DNA from: Rubripirellula sp.
GTDB taxonomy: Bacteria; Planctomycetota; Planctomycetia; Pirellulales; Pirellulaceae
Direction: 5' to 3'
Assembly: GCA_965216875.1 (NCBI GenBank)
Contig: OZ244207.1
Coordinates: 2,272,001-2,336,000, forward strand
Length of the DNA: 64,000 nt
Of the stretch, positions 31,343 through 40,394 are shown piece after piece (the first letter of the stretch is position 1; every line of letters starts with the position of its first letter). The notes under the pieces were generated by a model. The model saw nothing but the letters and a program-made list of their open reading frames with translations, did no database searches and was not told the origin of the DNA. A program made the translations under genes and the position numbers.

Positions 31343-34300
31343 ATGGACGCCAAACCCGCTGACACCGCCGACGACAACTCATTTGGGTGGATCGATGGTG
31401 CGCGGTTCCGCGACGTCGAATCCGCCAAAAACCATCTTCGCTCCATTTGGACCAGCGGCGCGACCGCGGACCTTCTTGAGAACTTGAAACACCGCCTGGT
31501 TGGTGAATTCGATCAGCTGGTCGATCTGGACGCCGCGGTTGCAAATTTGGCCCGATTCATCCAGGCCGGAAGAAACCCAACATCGCTGCTCGCCCTCTTT
31601 GAACGTGACGAAGGTGCACTGTCGGCCCTGCTGCAGGTATTTGCGACCAGTCAAACGATCGCCAACCGCCTGATCGCCGACCCCGACAGTTTCGATCTCC
31701 TGCGTGCCAGCGACGGCCAGCCTGCTCAACGCAAATTCCTGGTTGATGAATTGGTCGCCACGCTCTCGCGCGTCGACCGTGCTGGCCGAGCCGCGCTGGC
31801 AATCCGAAAGTTCGTGTCTCAGGAAATGGTGCGCATTGCCTACGCCGAGTTCGTCCGCGGCATGTCACCCGAGAAAGTGGGCCGTCAACTCGCGTACGTC
31901 GCCGATGCAGTGGTGGAAGCGAGCCTCCAGTTTGCAACCGAAAGACTCGTCGAGCGTCGCGAGTACCCTCGCATGAGTGACGGATCGCATCCCACGGTGA
32001 CCGTCATCGGATTCGGACAGCTCGGCGGCGAAGAGCTCGGTTACAACTCGTCCATGCAGTTGGTCTTCCTCTACGATCGCATCGACCGCCACAACCCCTA
32101 TCACAGAGAGTTCTTCGATTCGCTCATCCGCGAAGTCATGCAACTGGTCACTCCCGACCAGAACGCCGTTGGTTTTGACATCGATCTTCGCCAGGGGCCC
32201 ATGTTCGAAGTGGGTGCCCACATTTGCAGCGCGCTCGAAGCCGGACGGATCTACGAAACGAGCGGCCGAACTTGGCACCGCATGAATTTCGTCAAATCAC
32301 GGGTGGTCGCGGGGTCACAAGCATTCGGCGAAGCCTTCCTCAATCGTCTCGAACCGTGGGTCTTCCGACGCTTTTTGAGTCGCGGCGACATGTCGGAAAT
32401 CCGCGCCCTCAAGCACAAGCTTGAACGACGCGCTGAACAGCACCGCGCGATCGGCCAAGACATTGTCAGTGGTCCTGGCGGTCGCAGCGACATCGAAATG
32501 ACCGTGCAGTTTCTGCAGTTGCTTCATGGCGGCGACGTAGCGTCGGTTCGCTGTGGCAACACCCATGATGCGATCGTCGCGCTTGAGCAAGCGGGGTGCT
32601 TGACGCATCAAGAAGCGACTCTCTTGTCCGAGAACTACGCTCGCCTCTGCCGGCTTCAACATCAGCTTTCGGTGATGTTCGACCGACGCGGCGGCGTCTT
32701 GCCGGACGACCCGGAATTGCGTGCACGCTTGGCTTGGCAGCTGGGCATTCGAGCCGATGACGGTTCCGGGGGTGATGCGGATCGATTCAGTCGCCTCTTG
32801 GATGAGACGTTCGAAGTCAATCGCAAGATGATCAATCACTTGATGCTTGACGCACCCCACGAAGATTCCATGCCCATCGAGGCGGAGCTCGTTCTCGATC
32901 CTGATCCGGACCAGGACATGGTGCAGGAAACCATGCAGAAGCACGGTCTTGCCGATCCGCAAAGGGCGATGCATGACTTGGTATCGCTAAGTAGTGAAAC
33001 GGTGAGCTTTTTGTCGCCGCACCGTTGCCGACATTTCTTTGCTGCTTTGGCCCCCAAACTTCTGGAAGAGATTTCTCGAACGCCCGATCCACAAGCGGCG
33101 CTCGCATCGCTGGTCGCAGTCACCGATTCGCTTGGAGCCAAAGCAACCCTTTGGGAATTGCTCGGGTCGCATCGACCAACGATGGAGCTGGTAGTGCGAC
33201 TCGCTGCGACAACGCCCTACTTGAACGGGATCTTGACCGAGAACCCGGGCATGATCGATGAGTTGATCGATTCCCTGCTGATGGATCGCCTTCCCTCGAC
33301 AAGCCGACTGGATGCCCATTCGATCGAGCTCTGCCGCGGAGCAGCTGATATCGATCTCATCTTGCGCGGGTTCAAGAATGGAGCACACTTGAACATCGGC
33401 GTGCGCGACATGCTCGGCAAAGAACCGGTCGAAGCGATTCATGCTGCGATCGCCGATACAGCCGAAGCGTGTCTGCGTCGCGTGATTGAACACGAACAGG
33501 CGTTGTTGTCTGATCGATTTGGTGATCCCGTAAACGAAAAGGGCGAACAGACTGAATTGGTCACGCTGGCCCTCGGAAAACTCGGTGGTCGCGAGCCCAA
33601 CTATCACAGCGACCTCGACGCGATCTTTTTGTACTCCGACGAAGGCGAGACGAAGCGGCGCGTCGGTGGCCACCGGTCGACGATGACGAACCAGCGGTTC
33701 TTTAACCAGCTGGCTGGCAAGGTCGTCAGTCGCATCAACAAATCGGGACCGGGTGCCCAGCTCTACGAACTCGACTCGCGACTGCGCCCGACAGGCGAAG
33801 AAGGGCTCATGGCTGTCTCGGTCGAAACCTTCTTGCGTCAGTTCACACAAGGCACGGCGCCACTCTGGCAGCGGATGGCGATTTGCAAGGCACGGGCGAT
33901 CTCGGGATCAACCAAACTTCGCAGGGCAACCGATTCTGCCATTTCCAAAGTCATCCAACAAACCAGCTGGCACGCTGGGATGGCAGAAGAGATTCGCGAC
34001 CTGAGAACGCGAATGGAAGCGACGGCAAATCCCGAGAACCTCAAGCGAGGTGAAGGCGGCACGGTCGACGCGGAAGTCATCGGGCAAATGTTGACATTGC
34101 GTCATGCGGGCGAGTCACCTGAAATCATCAAACCAGGAACCACTGCCTCGCTCGAAGCTTTATCAAAAGCGGGCTACCTCGATGAAAAGGACGCTTTGGA
34201 ATTGATCCACGGCTACCGAACGCTTCGCCGTGTGGAAGCTCGCTTGCGATTGATGGCCACGCCTGAGCGTCACGAGCTTCCAGAGGATGCCGAGCTGATG

Positions 34301-34414
34301 CAAAACCTTGCCTACCTGATGGGTGAAGCGGAACCGGCTATGATCGTTGCTCAATGTCGCCAAGCACGCCAAAACAATCGTCGATTGTTCAATCAGATCA
34401 TCGATCAACAGTAA
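31343..34414 (+). CDS. glnE: Glutamine synthetase adenylyltransferase (GlnE family); N-terminal domain degenerate
   Basis: Two homologous halves; C-terminal ALGKLGGREPNYHSDLDAIFLY, ELDSRLRPTG, NLKRGEGG.VD.E. Confidence 0.92.
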   Translation: MDAKPADTADDNSFGWIDGARFRDVESAKNHLRSIWTSGATADLLENLKHRLVGEFDQLVDLDAAVANLARFIQAGRNPTSLLALFERDEGALSALLQVFATSQTIANRLIADPDSFDLLRASDGQPAQRKFLVDELVATLSRVDRAGRAALAIRKFVSQEMVRIAYAEFVRGMSPEKVGRQLAYVADAVVEASLQFATERLVERREYPRMSDGSHPTVTVIGFGQLGGEELGYNSSMQLVFLYDRIDRHNPYHREFFDSLIREVMQLVTPDQNAVGFDIDLRQGPMFEVGAHICSALEAGRIYETSGRTWHRMNFVKSRVVAGSQAFGEAFLNRLEPWVFRRFLSRGDMSEIRALKHKLERRAEQHRAIGQDIVSGPGGRSDIEMTVQFLQLLHGGDVASVRCGNTHDAIVALEQAGCLTHQEATLLSENYARLCRLQHQLSVMFDRRGGVLPDDPELRARLAWQLGIRADDGSGGDADRFSRLLDETFEVNRKMINHLMLDAPHEDSMPIEAELVLDPDPDQDMVQETMQKHGLADPQRAMHDLVSLSSETVSFLSPHRCRHFFAALAPKLLEEISRTPDPQAALASLVAVTDSLGAKATLWELLGSHRPTMELVVRLAATTPYLNGILTENPGMIDELIDSLLMDRLPSTSRLDAHSIELCRGAADIDLILRGFKNGAHLNIGVRDMLGKEPVEAIHAAIADTAEACLRRVIEHEQALLSDRFGDPVNEKGEQTELVTLALGKLGGREPNYHSDLDAIFLYSDEGETKRRVGGHRSTMTNQRFFNQLAGKVVSRINKSGPGAQLYELDSRLRPTGEEGLMAVSVETFLRQFTQGTAPLWQRMAICKARAISGSTKLRRATDSAISKVIQQTSWHAGMAEEIRDLRTRMEATANPENLKRGEGGTVDAEVIGQMLTLRHAGESPEIIKPGTTASLEALSKAGYLDEKDALELIHGYRTLRRVEARLRLMATPERHELPEDAELMQNLAYLMGEAEPAMIVAQCRQARQNNRRLFNQIIDQQ

Positions 34415-34468
34415 TGACGGCTTGACGTCAGCCCCTCCCCATCCCCTCTCGCCAGCCACTCCCGCCTC

Positions 34469-36193
34469 ATGACTGACCACGATCCCAAGCAACTTCGATC
34501 ACACCGCTGGTTTGGCCCAGACGACATGCGTTCGTTTGGCCATCGATCGCGTTTAAAGGCGATGGGTTTTGACGACGCGGACTATCAAGATCGGCCGGTC
34601 ATCGCCATCCTGAACACATGGAGCGAGTTCAACACCTGTCATTCGCATTTCCCAGAGCGTGTCCAGGAAGTGCGGCGCGGCATTCTGCAAGCCGGCGGCT
34701 TCCCAGTCGAAGTACCGGTCATGTCGCTCGGCGAAATGCTGATGAAGCCAACCACCATGCTCTATCGCAACATGCTCGCGATGGAAGTCGAAGAGGTGTT
34801 GCGCTGTCACCCCGTCGACGCCGCCGTACTGATGGGCGGTTGCGACAAGACGGTGCCTGCGTTGTTGATGGGCGCCATCAGCGCCGACGTACCCTCGATC
34901 TTCATGCCTGCCGGCCCCATGCTCAAAGCACGGTGGAAGGACGTCACGCTTGGTAGTGGCAGCGACGTCTGGAAATACTGGGATGAACGCGTCGCGGGTA
35001 ACCTTTGTGACAGTGATTGGAAAGGGATCGAGAACTGCATCGGGCGATCCGCGGGCACCTGCATGACGATGGGGACCGCAAGCACGATGGCCTGCGTCAC
35101 CGAAGCGATGGGCTTTTCGCTTCCCAACTCAGCGAACGTTCCCGCAGTCGTTGCGAATCATTGTCGGCTTGCCGTAAGAACCGGACGCCGAGCTGTCGAT
35201 CTGGCCTGGCAAAACCTAAAGCCATCGGACTTCTTAACTGAAAAATCGATCGACAATGCGCTCATGACATCCTTGGCGATTGGCGGAAGCACCAATGCGA
35301 TCGTGCACTTGATCGCGATTGCAGGCCGCATGGGCATCGAACTGACGCTCGACCGATTCGACGAACTGTCACGCACCACGCCCGTTCTTGGCGATCTTCG
35401 TCCAGGTGGTCGGTTCCTGATGGAAGATTTTGACAACGCAGGCGGATTGCCGGCCCTTCTTTCACGACTCACCGACCTGTTGAATGTGGAGTGTAAAACG
35501 GTCAATGGAATGACGCTGGGCGAGCAGATTGAGGGTGCAGAAGTCATCGATGACGAGGTCATTCGTACCCGCGAGAACCCCGTTGCCGAGGCAGGTGGGA
35601 CCTGTTTGCTAAAAGGCAATCTCGCGCCCAACGGTTGTGTCATCAAGTCCATCGCAGCGGATAAGAAACTTCTACAGCATCGCGGTCCCGCTCTGGTGTT
35701 CGACAACTACGCCGAAATGAAGGCCAAGATCAACGATCCCGATCTTGAAGTCGACAAGAACAGTGTCCTGATCTTGCGGAACGCAGGCCCACTCGGCGCG
35801 CCCGGTTTTCCTGAATGGGGCATGTTGCCAATTCCGAAGAAGCTCCTGCAAGCCGGCGTGCGCGATATGGTTCGCATGAGCGATGCCAGAATGAGTGGGA
35901 CGAGCTACGGAACGTGTGTCTTGCACATTGCGCCCGAAAGTGCAGCGGGCGGTCCACTTGCCCTGGTCGAAACGGGCGACGAAATCGAGATCAACGTGCC
36001 AGAGAGAACGATTCATTGGCACGTCGACGAAAACGAAGTGGAACGTCGACGCGCCGCCTGTGCTCCGCCGAAGCCTGCTCCCGATCGAGGCTACGGTCAT
36101 CTTTACGCGAAACATGTCACACAGGCTGACAAGGGATGCGATTTTGACTTTCTTGTCGGTTCCACGCCCGGCGCCGAACCCGACATCTTCTAG
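34469..36193 (+). CDS. IlvD/Edd-family sugar-acid dehydratase (L-arabinonate dehydratase-like)
   Basis: LRSHRWFG...RSFGHRSR, KPTTMLYRN, GGCDKT, CMTMGTAS, GGSTNA, DARMSGTS, GCDFDFL. Confidence 0.9.
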   Translation: MTDHDPKQLRSHRWFGPDDMRSFGHRSRLKAMGFDDADYQDRPVIAILNTWSEFNTCHSHFPERVQEVRRGILQAGGFPVEVPVMSLGEMLMKPTTMLYRNMLAMEVEEVLRCHPVDAAVLMGGCDKTVPALLMGAISADVPSIFMPAGPMLKARWKDVTLGSGSDVWKYWDERVAGNLCDSDWKGIENCIGRSAGTCMTMGTASTMACVTEAMGFSLPNSANVPAVVANHCRLAVRTGRRAVDLAWQNLKPSDFLTEKSIDNALMTSLAIGGSTNAIVHLIAIAGRMGIELTLDRFDELSRTTPVLGDLRPGGRFLMEDFDNAGGLPALLSRLTDLLNVECKTVNGMTLGEQIEGAEVIDDEVIRTRENPVAEAGGTCLLKGNLAPNGCVIKSIAADKKLLQHRGPALVFDNYAEMKAKINDPDLEVDKNSVLILRNAGPLGAPGFPEWGMLPIPKKLLQAGVRDMVRMSDARMSGTSYGTCVLHIAPESAAGGPLALVETGDEIEINVPERTIHWHVDENEVERRRAACAPPKPAPDRGYGHLYAKHVTQADKGCDFDFLVGSTPGAEPDIF

Positions 36194-36249
36194 CCCGCAC
36201 TCGATTCCCGCCCCAACACACCTTCCCTCAACATCGATCACCATTGACT

Positions 36250-37152
36250 ATGAAAACCGACGCATTCGATCCCGCCCATCTGCGCGAGTCTGTGTTTGCT
36301 GTTCCGCCGCTTGCAAGAAACAGCGACATGCAGGTCTGCTCCACCGAAAACGCCAAGATCATCAAACATCTTGAATCGGGCGGAGTGCGTTCGTTGCTCT
36401 ATGGTGGCAACGCGGTCTTCTACCACATTGCACTCGCGGAATACGCCAGCACGCTGGCGATGCTCGCCGAACAGTCTGGCGCTGACACCACGGTTGTTCC
36501 TTCGATCGGACCGGCCTACGGTTTCGCGCGGGACCAAATCGAAGTGCTCAAGGATTTTGAATTCGCCACAGCGATGGTGCTGCCATCGCGAGACATCGTT
36601 GATTCGCAGGGGATCGCAACCGCGACTCGCAAACTCGCCGAAGCCTACGGTAAGCCGCTCGTGCTTTACCTAAAGTTTGACCGCTGGCTTGAGCCCGACT
36701 TGGTCAAGTCGCTTGAATCGGACGGTGCGATCTCTTGGATCAAGTACGCGGTCGTCCGTGACGATCCCGCTCAAGACGACTACCTGCGCGAAGTGCTCGA
36801 CGTCTTCCCTGCCGAGCGTGTCGTCAGCGGCATTGGCGAACAGCCGGCGATCGTGCACTTGCGTGATTTTGGCGTGACCGGATTCACAAGCGGGTGTGTT
36901 TGCGTCGCTCCAGAACAGAGCATGAAAATGATGCACGCCATCCACCAACGCGATTTCGAAACCGCCGAGTCGATTCGCAAGTGGTTCTGTCCCCTCGAAG
37001 ACCTGCGAAACGAGATCAGCCCGATCCGCGTGCTCCATCACGCGATCACCGAATCAGGGATCGCAAACGCTGGGCCGCTCCTTCCTATGCTCAGCGATCT
37101 CGATGCCCAAAGCATCCAGCGGATCGCGGCCGCCTGCCAACTGATGAAATAG
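36250..37152 (+). CDS. Dihydrodipicolinate synthase (DHDPS/NAL)-family aldolase/dehydratase
   Basis: TIM-barrel length; LLYGGNA, VLYLK, WIKYAV (Schiff-base Lys position), VSGIGE, GFTSG. Confidence 0.82.
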   Translation: MKTDAFDPAHLRESVFAVPPLARNSDMQVCSTENAKIIKHLESGGVRSLLYGGNAVFYHIALAEYASTLAMLAEQSGADTTVVPSIGPAYGFARDQIEVLKDFEFATAMVLPSRDIVDSQGIATATRKLAEAYGKPLVLYLKFDRWLEPDLVKSLESDGAISWIKYAVVRDDPAQDDYLREVLDVFPAERVVSGIGEQPAIVHLRDFGVTGFTSGCVCVAPEQSMKMMHAIHQRDFETAESIRKWFCPLEDLRNEISPIRVLHHAITESGIANAGPLLPMLSDLDAQSIQRIAAACQLMK

Positions 37153-37208
37153 AACGTGGCATCGCCGTTCGTACTCCCACCAATAGCCGGAAGAGAACAC
37201 AGATTCCA

Positions 37209-37331
37209 GTGAGCCGATGGCCGTGAGGCCTCGGGCCCTTGTTGTCGGTGCGTGCTTGTTTCGGCCCAACACTACCGAGTTTGGCTTCCAGGTCGAACCA
37301 AGGCCCGTCCGCTAACGCGATCACGGCTCAC
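37209..37331. repeat. REP-like element (GTGAGCCG...CGGCTCAC family) between convergent genes
   Basis: gtgagccg..cctcgggcc ... ggcccgtccgctaacgcgatcacggctcac; cccgtccgctaacgcg recurs at about 44709. Confidence 0.8.
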
Positions 37332-37380
37332 AAACGCCGTTCGTCGTGACGCCAGTGGCGGAAGAGAACAAAGGTTCCGG

Positions 37381-39561
37381 CTAACGCTCGGTACGACGAA
37401 TTTGTGGCTCAGCGCCCAAGACCGCAGCGACTTCCTCGGCGGTGAGCGCCCGGTCGAACAGGGCCACTTCGTCGATGCGGCCTTCCCAATTGGAATCGTC
37501 ATCGCTTCGTCCGCCGATGAAGGCGGTTTCGGCCAGATTGCCAATCACGCCGGCCGAGGTCTCAATCTCGGGCGTGTCATTTCCTTCCAGATAGACGCTC
37601 ACGCGATCATCACGGCGAACCATCACTACCTGGTACCACTCCCAACGATCCATGACCGTTTTTCCGAACACGGGCTTCTGATGCCCATGCTTGAAGACAA
37701 GGCGACCAGCCGAGTCGCCCTTGCCACCCAAACCAAAGTGATCCCCAACGGAGCTGGTACCGTGAGCATGGTCGCGTGAAAAGAACCAACCCGAAGTCTC
37801 TCGGACGTCATTCGGCATCCCGTTCCAAACGGACATGATGATCGAGTAATTCGTTCCCAATCCGTCAAGCGCAACGCGCATCCGATCGCCAGCAAAATGC
37901 ACGCAGCGATTCGTCTTATCGCCGGCAAAACCTGCAGGGCCTTCAAGGAAATAGAGGACGCGGCGTTCAAACGAGCCGTGGCGATGGTTTCCCGACGCAT
38001 CGCTGGCCAAGGGGGCCTCTTGTTCGTGCAAACGCCAGTACGCGGCTGGTGACAATTTTGCGATCGCCTTTGACTTGGGACCTTGCCCCGGATCAACGCG
38101 ACGTCGTTGCTTGCCGGTGACGCTTTCGAGCAGTTCAAGTCCGGCGGCGACGATCCGAGGCTCCGCTGCGACTTCGAGCCCCGCTGAACGCGCTGCCCAG
38201 GTGTTGTAGCCTCCAAGAGCATGCTGTTCGGGCGGAGGAATGTAACCATCGGCGCCGTTGGCAAGTTCAATCACCATCGTCTTGGCGAGCGGACTTTGCA
38301 ATTTCAACTTGAGGCCCGTTAACGCGTACGTTTCGTTGGGTGTCGTCGCGATGGCGATGTCACCGATGCGCATCGCTTGCACGACCACCTCCGTTTGCTG
38401 GAGCTCATGCAACAAAATCTGCTCACGCGCGTAGACCTGCTCGCGTGTCTTCGGAGGCGATTGCCCGAGCGGCTCGACAACGCCCTTGGCCCACAACAAG
38501 CGTTGCGCATCGGGAACTCGATACTTCATCGCAAGCCGCTTTTCCGCAAACGCAATGTCCGCATCGCCGTATTCGACCGAGTCGTACAAATCGGTTGCGA
38601 CTTGCAAGAGCCCTTGTGCGTAACCTTCGATCGTTGAATCGTCTTTGCCCTGCCACGTCATGTAGTCGCGCCGCCAAATGTCACCGCTGCAACCGTGAGA
38701 CATGATGGCGACCACATCGGCCGTTCCACTTGAAGCTGCGGCGTGCTGCTCAAGACCGTCGCAGAAAAGGCCGAAGTAATCGGCGCTAATTGCCTTGTCT
38801 CCGAAGTAGTGCATCGAGAAATTGGCAAGCAGAGCGATCGGTCTTCCATCATTGCTGCGGAACGCGATCATCGAAAGCTCGGGGTCTTCTGGACCAGAGG
38901 GGCCAGTCACATCGTCGGGATTGCGCGCCGCATGCATGTTTGCTCGGACGGTTGGATTGCCGAATGGGTCCATGTCCACCTTGTCGGGCCGTCTCACCCA
39001 GCGACGCAGCGCAGTGAAGTCGTCAGCCGCGCCACTCACAAAACCGACCTTTGCTGGCTGCAGGTTCGATTCTGCCTCGACGATTGCCTCGACAAGCTTC
39101 TCACGGAGAAACGGCACATAGGTTGGATCGGCATCGGTGCCGAGAGCACCAAAGGCGGAAGGCGCCGTGTGAGTATGCGTCGCGGAAATCATGATTCGGT
39201 CCGCGCGTAACTTCGTGCGATTTGCCGCGCGGTGCTTAGCGTCGTCAAGCAGCAGTTTCGGCATCATGCAACTGTCAACGACGACCAATGCCATGCGATC
39301 GTCGCCATCATCAAGGACGATAGCGCGTGCGTTGACCCGCGTTTTGATTTCTCCACTGCTGCGAGTCAGCATTCCACCATTGACGAGCACTGGCATCTGG
39401 TTGGGCGTCACGTCAACGCGTGCGGCTCCAACGCGAAGCTCTGCCGATGCCGACCCCGACAGACAAACAACGAGAGCAAGTGCCCAAAGTGGTGGAGAGA
39501 GAAACCAATTCAAGGGAGAGCAACAGTGTCGATCACGGCACAAGATTCGTAGCGTCTGCAT
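37381..39561 (-). CDS. Secreted neutral/alkaline ceramidase-like amidohydrolase with C-terminal LamG/ConA-like domain
   Basis: LRVGAARVDVTP, ISATHTHTAP, ANFSMHY, ISADYFG, LANGADGYIPP; C-terminal AYWRL...WYQVVMVR...EGRIDEVALFDRALTAEEV; start uncertain. Confidence 0.85.
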   Translation of the reverse strand: MQTLRILCRDRHCCSPLNWFLSPPLWALALVVCLSGSASAELRVGAARVDVTPNQMPVLVNGGMLTRSSGEIKTRVNARAIVLDDGDDRMALVVVDSCMMPKLLLDDAKHRAANRTKLRADRIMISATHTHTAPSAFGALGTDADPTYVPFLREKLVEAIVEAESNLQPAKVGFVSGAADDFTALRRWVRRPDKVDMDPFGNPTVRANMHAARNPDDVTGPSGPEDPELSMIAFRSNDGRPIALLANFSMHYFGDKAISADYFGLFCDGLEQHAAASSGTADVVAIMSHGCSGDIWRRDYMTWQGKDDSTIEGYAQGLLQVATDLYDSVEYGDADIAFAEKRLAMKYRVPDAQRLLWAKGVVEPLGQSPPKTREQVYAREQILLHELQQTEVVVQAMRIGDIAIATTPNETYALTGLKLKLQSPLAKTMVIELANGADGYIPPPEQHALGGYNTWAARSAGLEVAAEPRIVAAGLELLESVTGKQRRRVDPGQGPKSKAIAKLSPAAYWRLHEQEAPLASDASGNHRHGSFERRVLYFLEGPAGFAGDKTNRCVHFAGDRMRVALDGLGTNYSIIMSVWNGMPNDVRETSGWFFSRDHAHGTSSVGDHFGLGGKGDSAGRLVFKHGHQKPVFGKTVMDRWEWYQVVMVRRDDRVSVYLEGNDTPEIETSAGVIGNLAETAFIGGRSDDDSNWEGRIDEVALFDRALTAEEVAAVLGAEPQIRRTER

Positions 39562-39769
39562 GAACAACTCGCTAAGGGGGCCAAGAGTCACGGCGGGAAG
39601 GGAATGTGGGGCAGGTATGTCACGCCAGGTTGACACCCCTTCAAATATACCGGCCTCGGGGCAGCCAGTGCATTTCTTGCCGTTGCCCAATCGGCGCACG
39701 CGGCCAATGTCCCTACAATTCCCGGCTCGTTCTTTGATCCATTTGCGCCCGTGAGCTCCCCTGCCAAAC

Positions 39770-40177
39770 ATGTCAACGCGTCGACGTGCTCGTGAGATCG
39801 TCCTTCAGCTGCTGTACGAAGCAGACATGAACGATCACCGTGATGCTGCGTCTGCACGCTCGTTCATTCGATCAAGACTGCAGGGTCGCAAGGCGCTCAC
39901 CGAGTTCGCCGATGCATTGTTGCACGGGACGCTCGATCATCGAGACGAAATTGATTCCCGTTTATCCGCCCTGGCAACGCATTGGACGCTGCCGCGGATG
40001 CCGGTCACCGATCGCAACGTTTTGCGATTGGGTGCCTACGAGATTCTCTACTCAGAAACGCCGGGCCGTGTCGCTGTGAATGAAGCGATCGTGTTGGCCA
40101 AACGCTATGGCGACAAGAATAGCCCGCGTTTCGTCAACGGTGTGCTCGATCGCCTGCTGAAGGAAGCTGAGGCGTAA
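39770..40177 (+). CDS. nusB: Transcription antitermination factor NusB
   Basis: [20 protein letters not shown]...[23 protein letters not shown]...[10 protein letters not shown]. Confidence 0.97.
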   Translation: MSTRRRAREIVLQLLYEADMNDHRDAASARSFIRSRLQGRKALTEFADALLHGTLDHRDEIDSRLSALATHWTLPRMPVTDRNVLRLGAYEILYSETPGRVAVNEAIVLAKRYGDKNSPRFVNGVLDRLLKEAEA

Positions 40178-40198
40178 AGCCCGAATTCTTGTGCATGC

Positions 40199-40370
40199 CG
40201 TAGGGTGTGTGCTTGCACGCACCAAATCGACGAACTGCCGGATCTACGTCGCTGTCGCTCCTTGATCCGGCCTACAGACTCATCGAAATCAAACGTAAGT
40301 GTGTGCATGCACGCACCAAATCGACAAACTGCCGGATCTGTGTCGCTTTCGCTCCTTGATCCGGCCCACA
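40199..40370. repeat. Two direct copies (about 95-bp period) of a composite REP/BIME-like unit
   Basis: cgta(g/a)g..gtgtgc(t/a)tgcacgcacc-aaatcgac.aact-gccggatct..gtcgct.tcgctccttgatccggcc(t/c)aca at 40199-40276 and 40294-40370. Confidence 0.9.
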
Positions 40371-40394
40371 TGCCTACATGGCTGCGACCAACTT

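Noticed and set aside
39562..39771. Long N-terminal extensions given by the ORF track (also 30617-30970, 46415-46618, 31235-31342, 25439-25519)
   Set aside because: Downstream starts fit RBS, signal-peptide or family N-termini better; the extensions cross divergent promoter regions
40199..40370. Possible CRISPR array
   Set aside because: Only two long (~78-bp) units with a ~17-bp linker, no spacer series and no cas genes; REP/BIME-like
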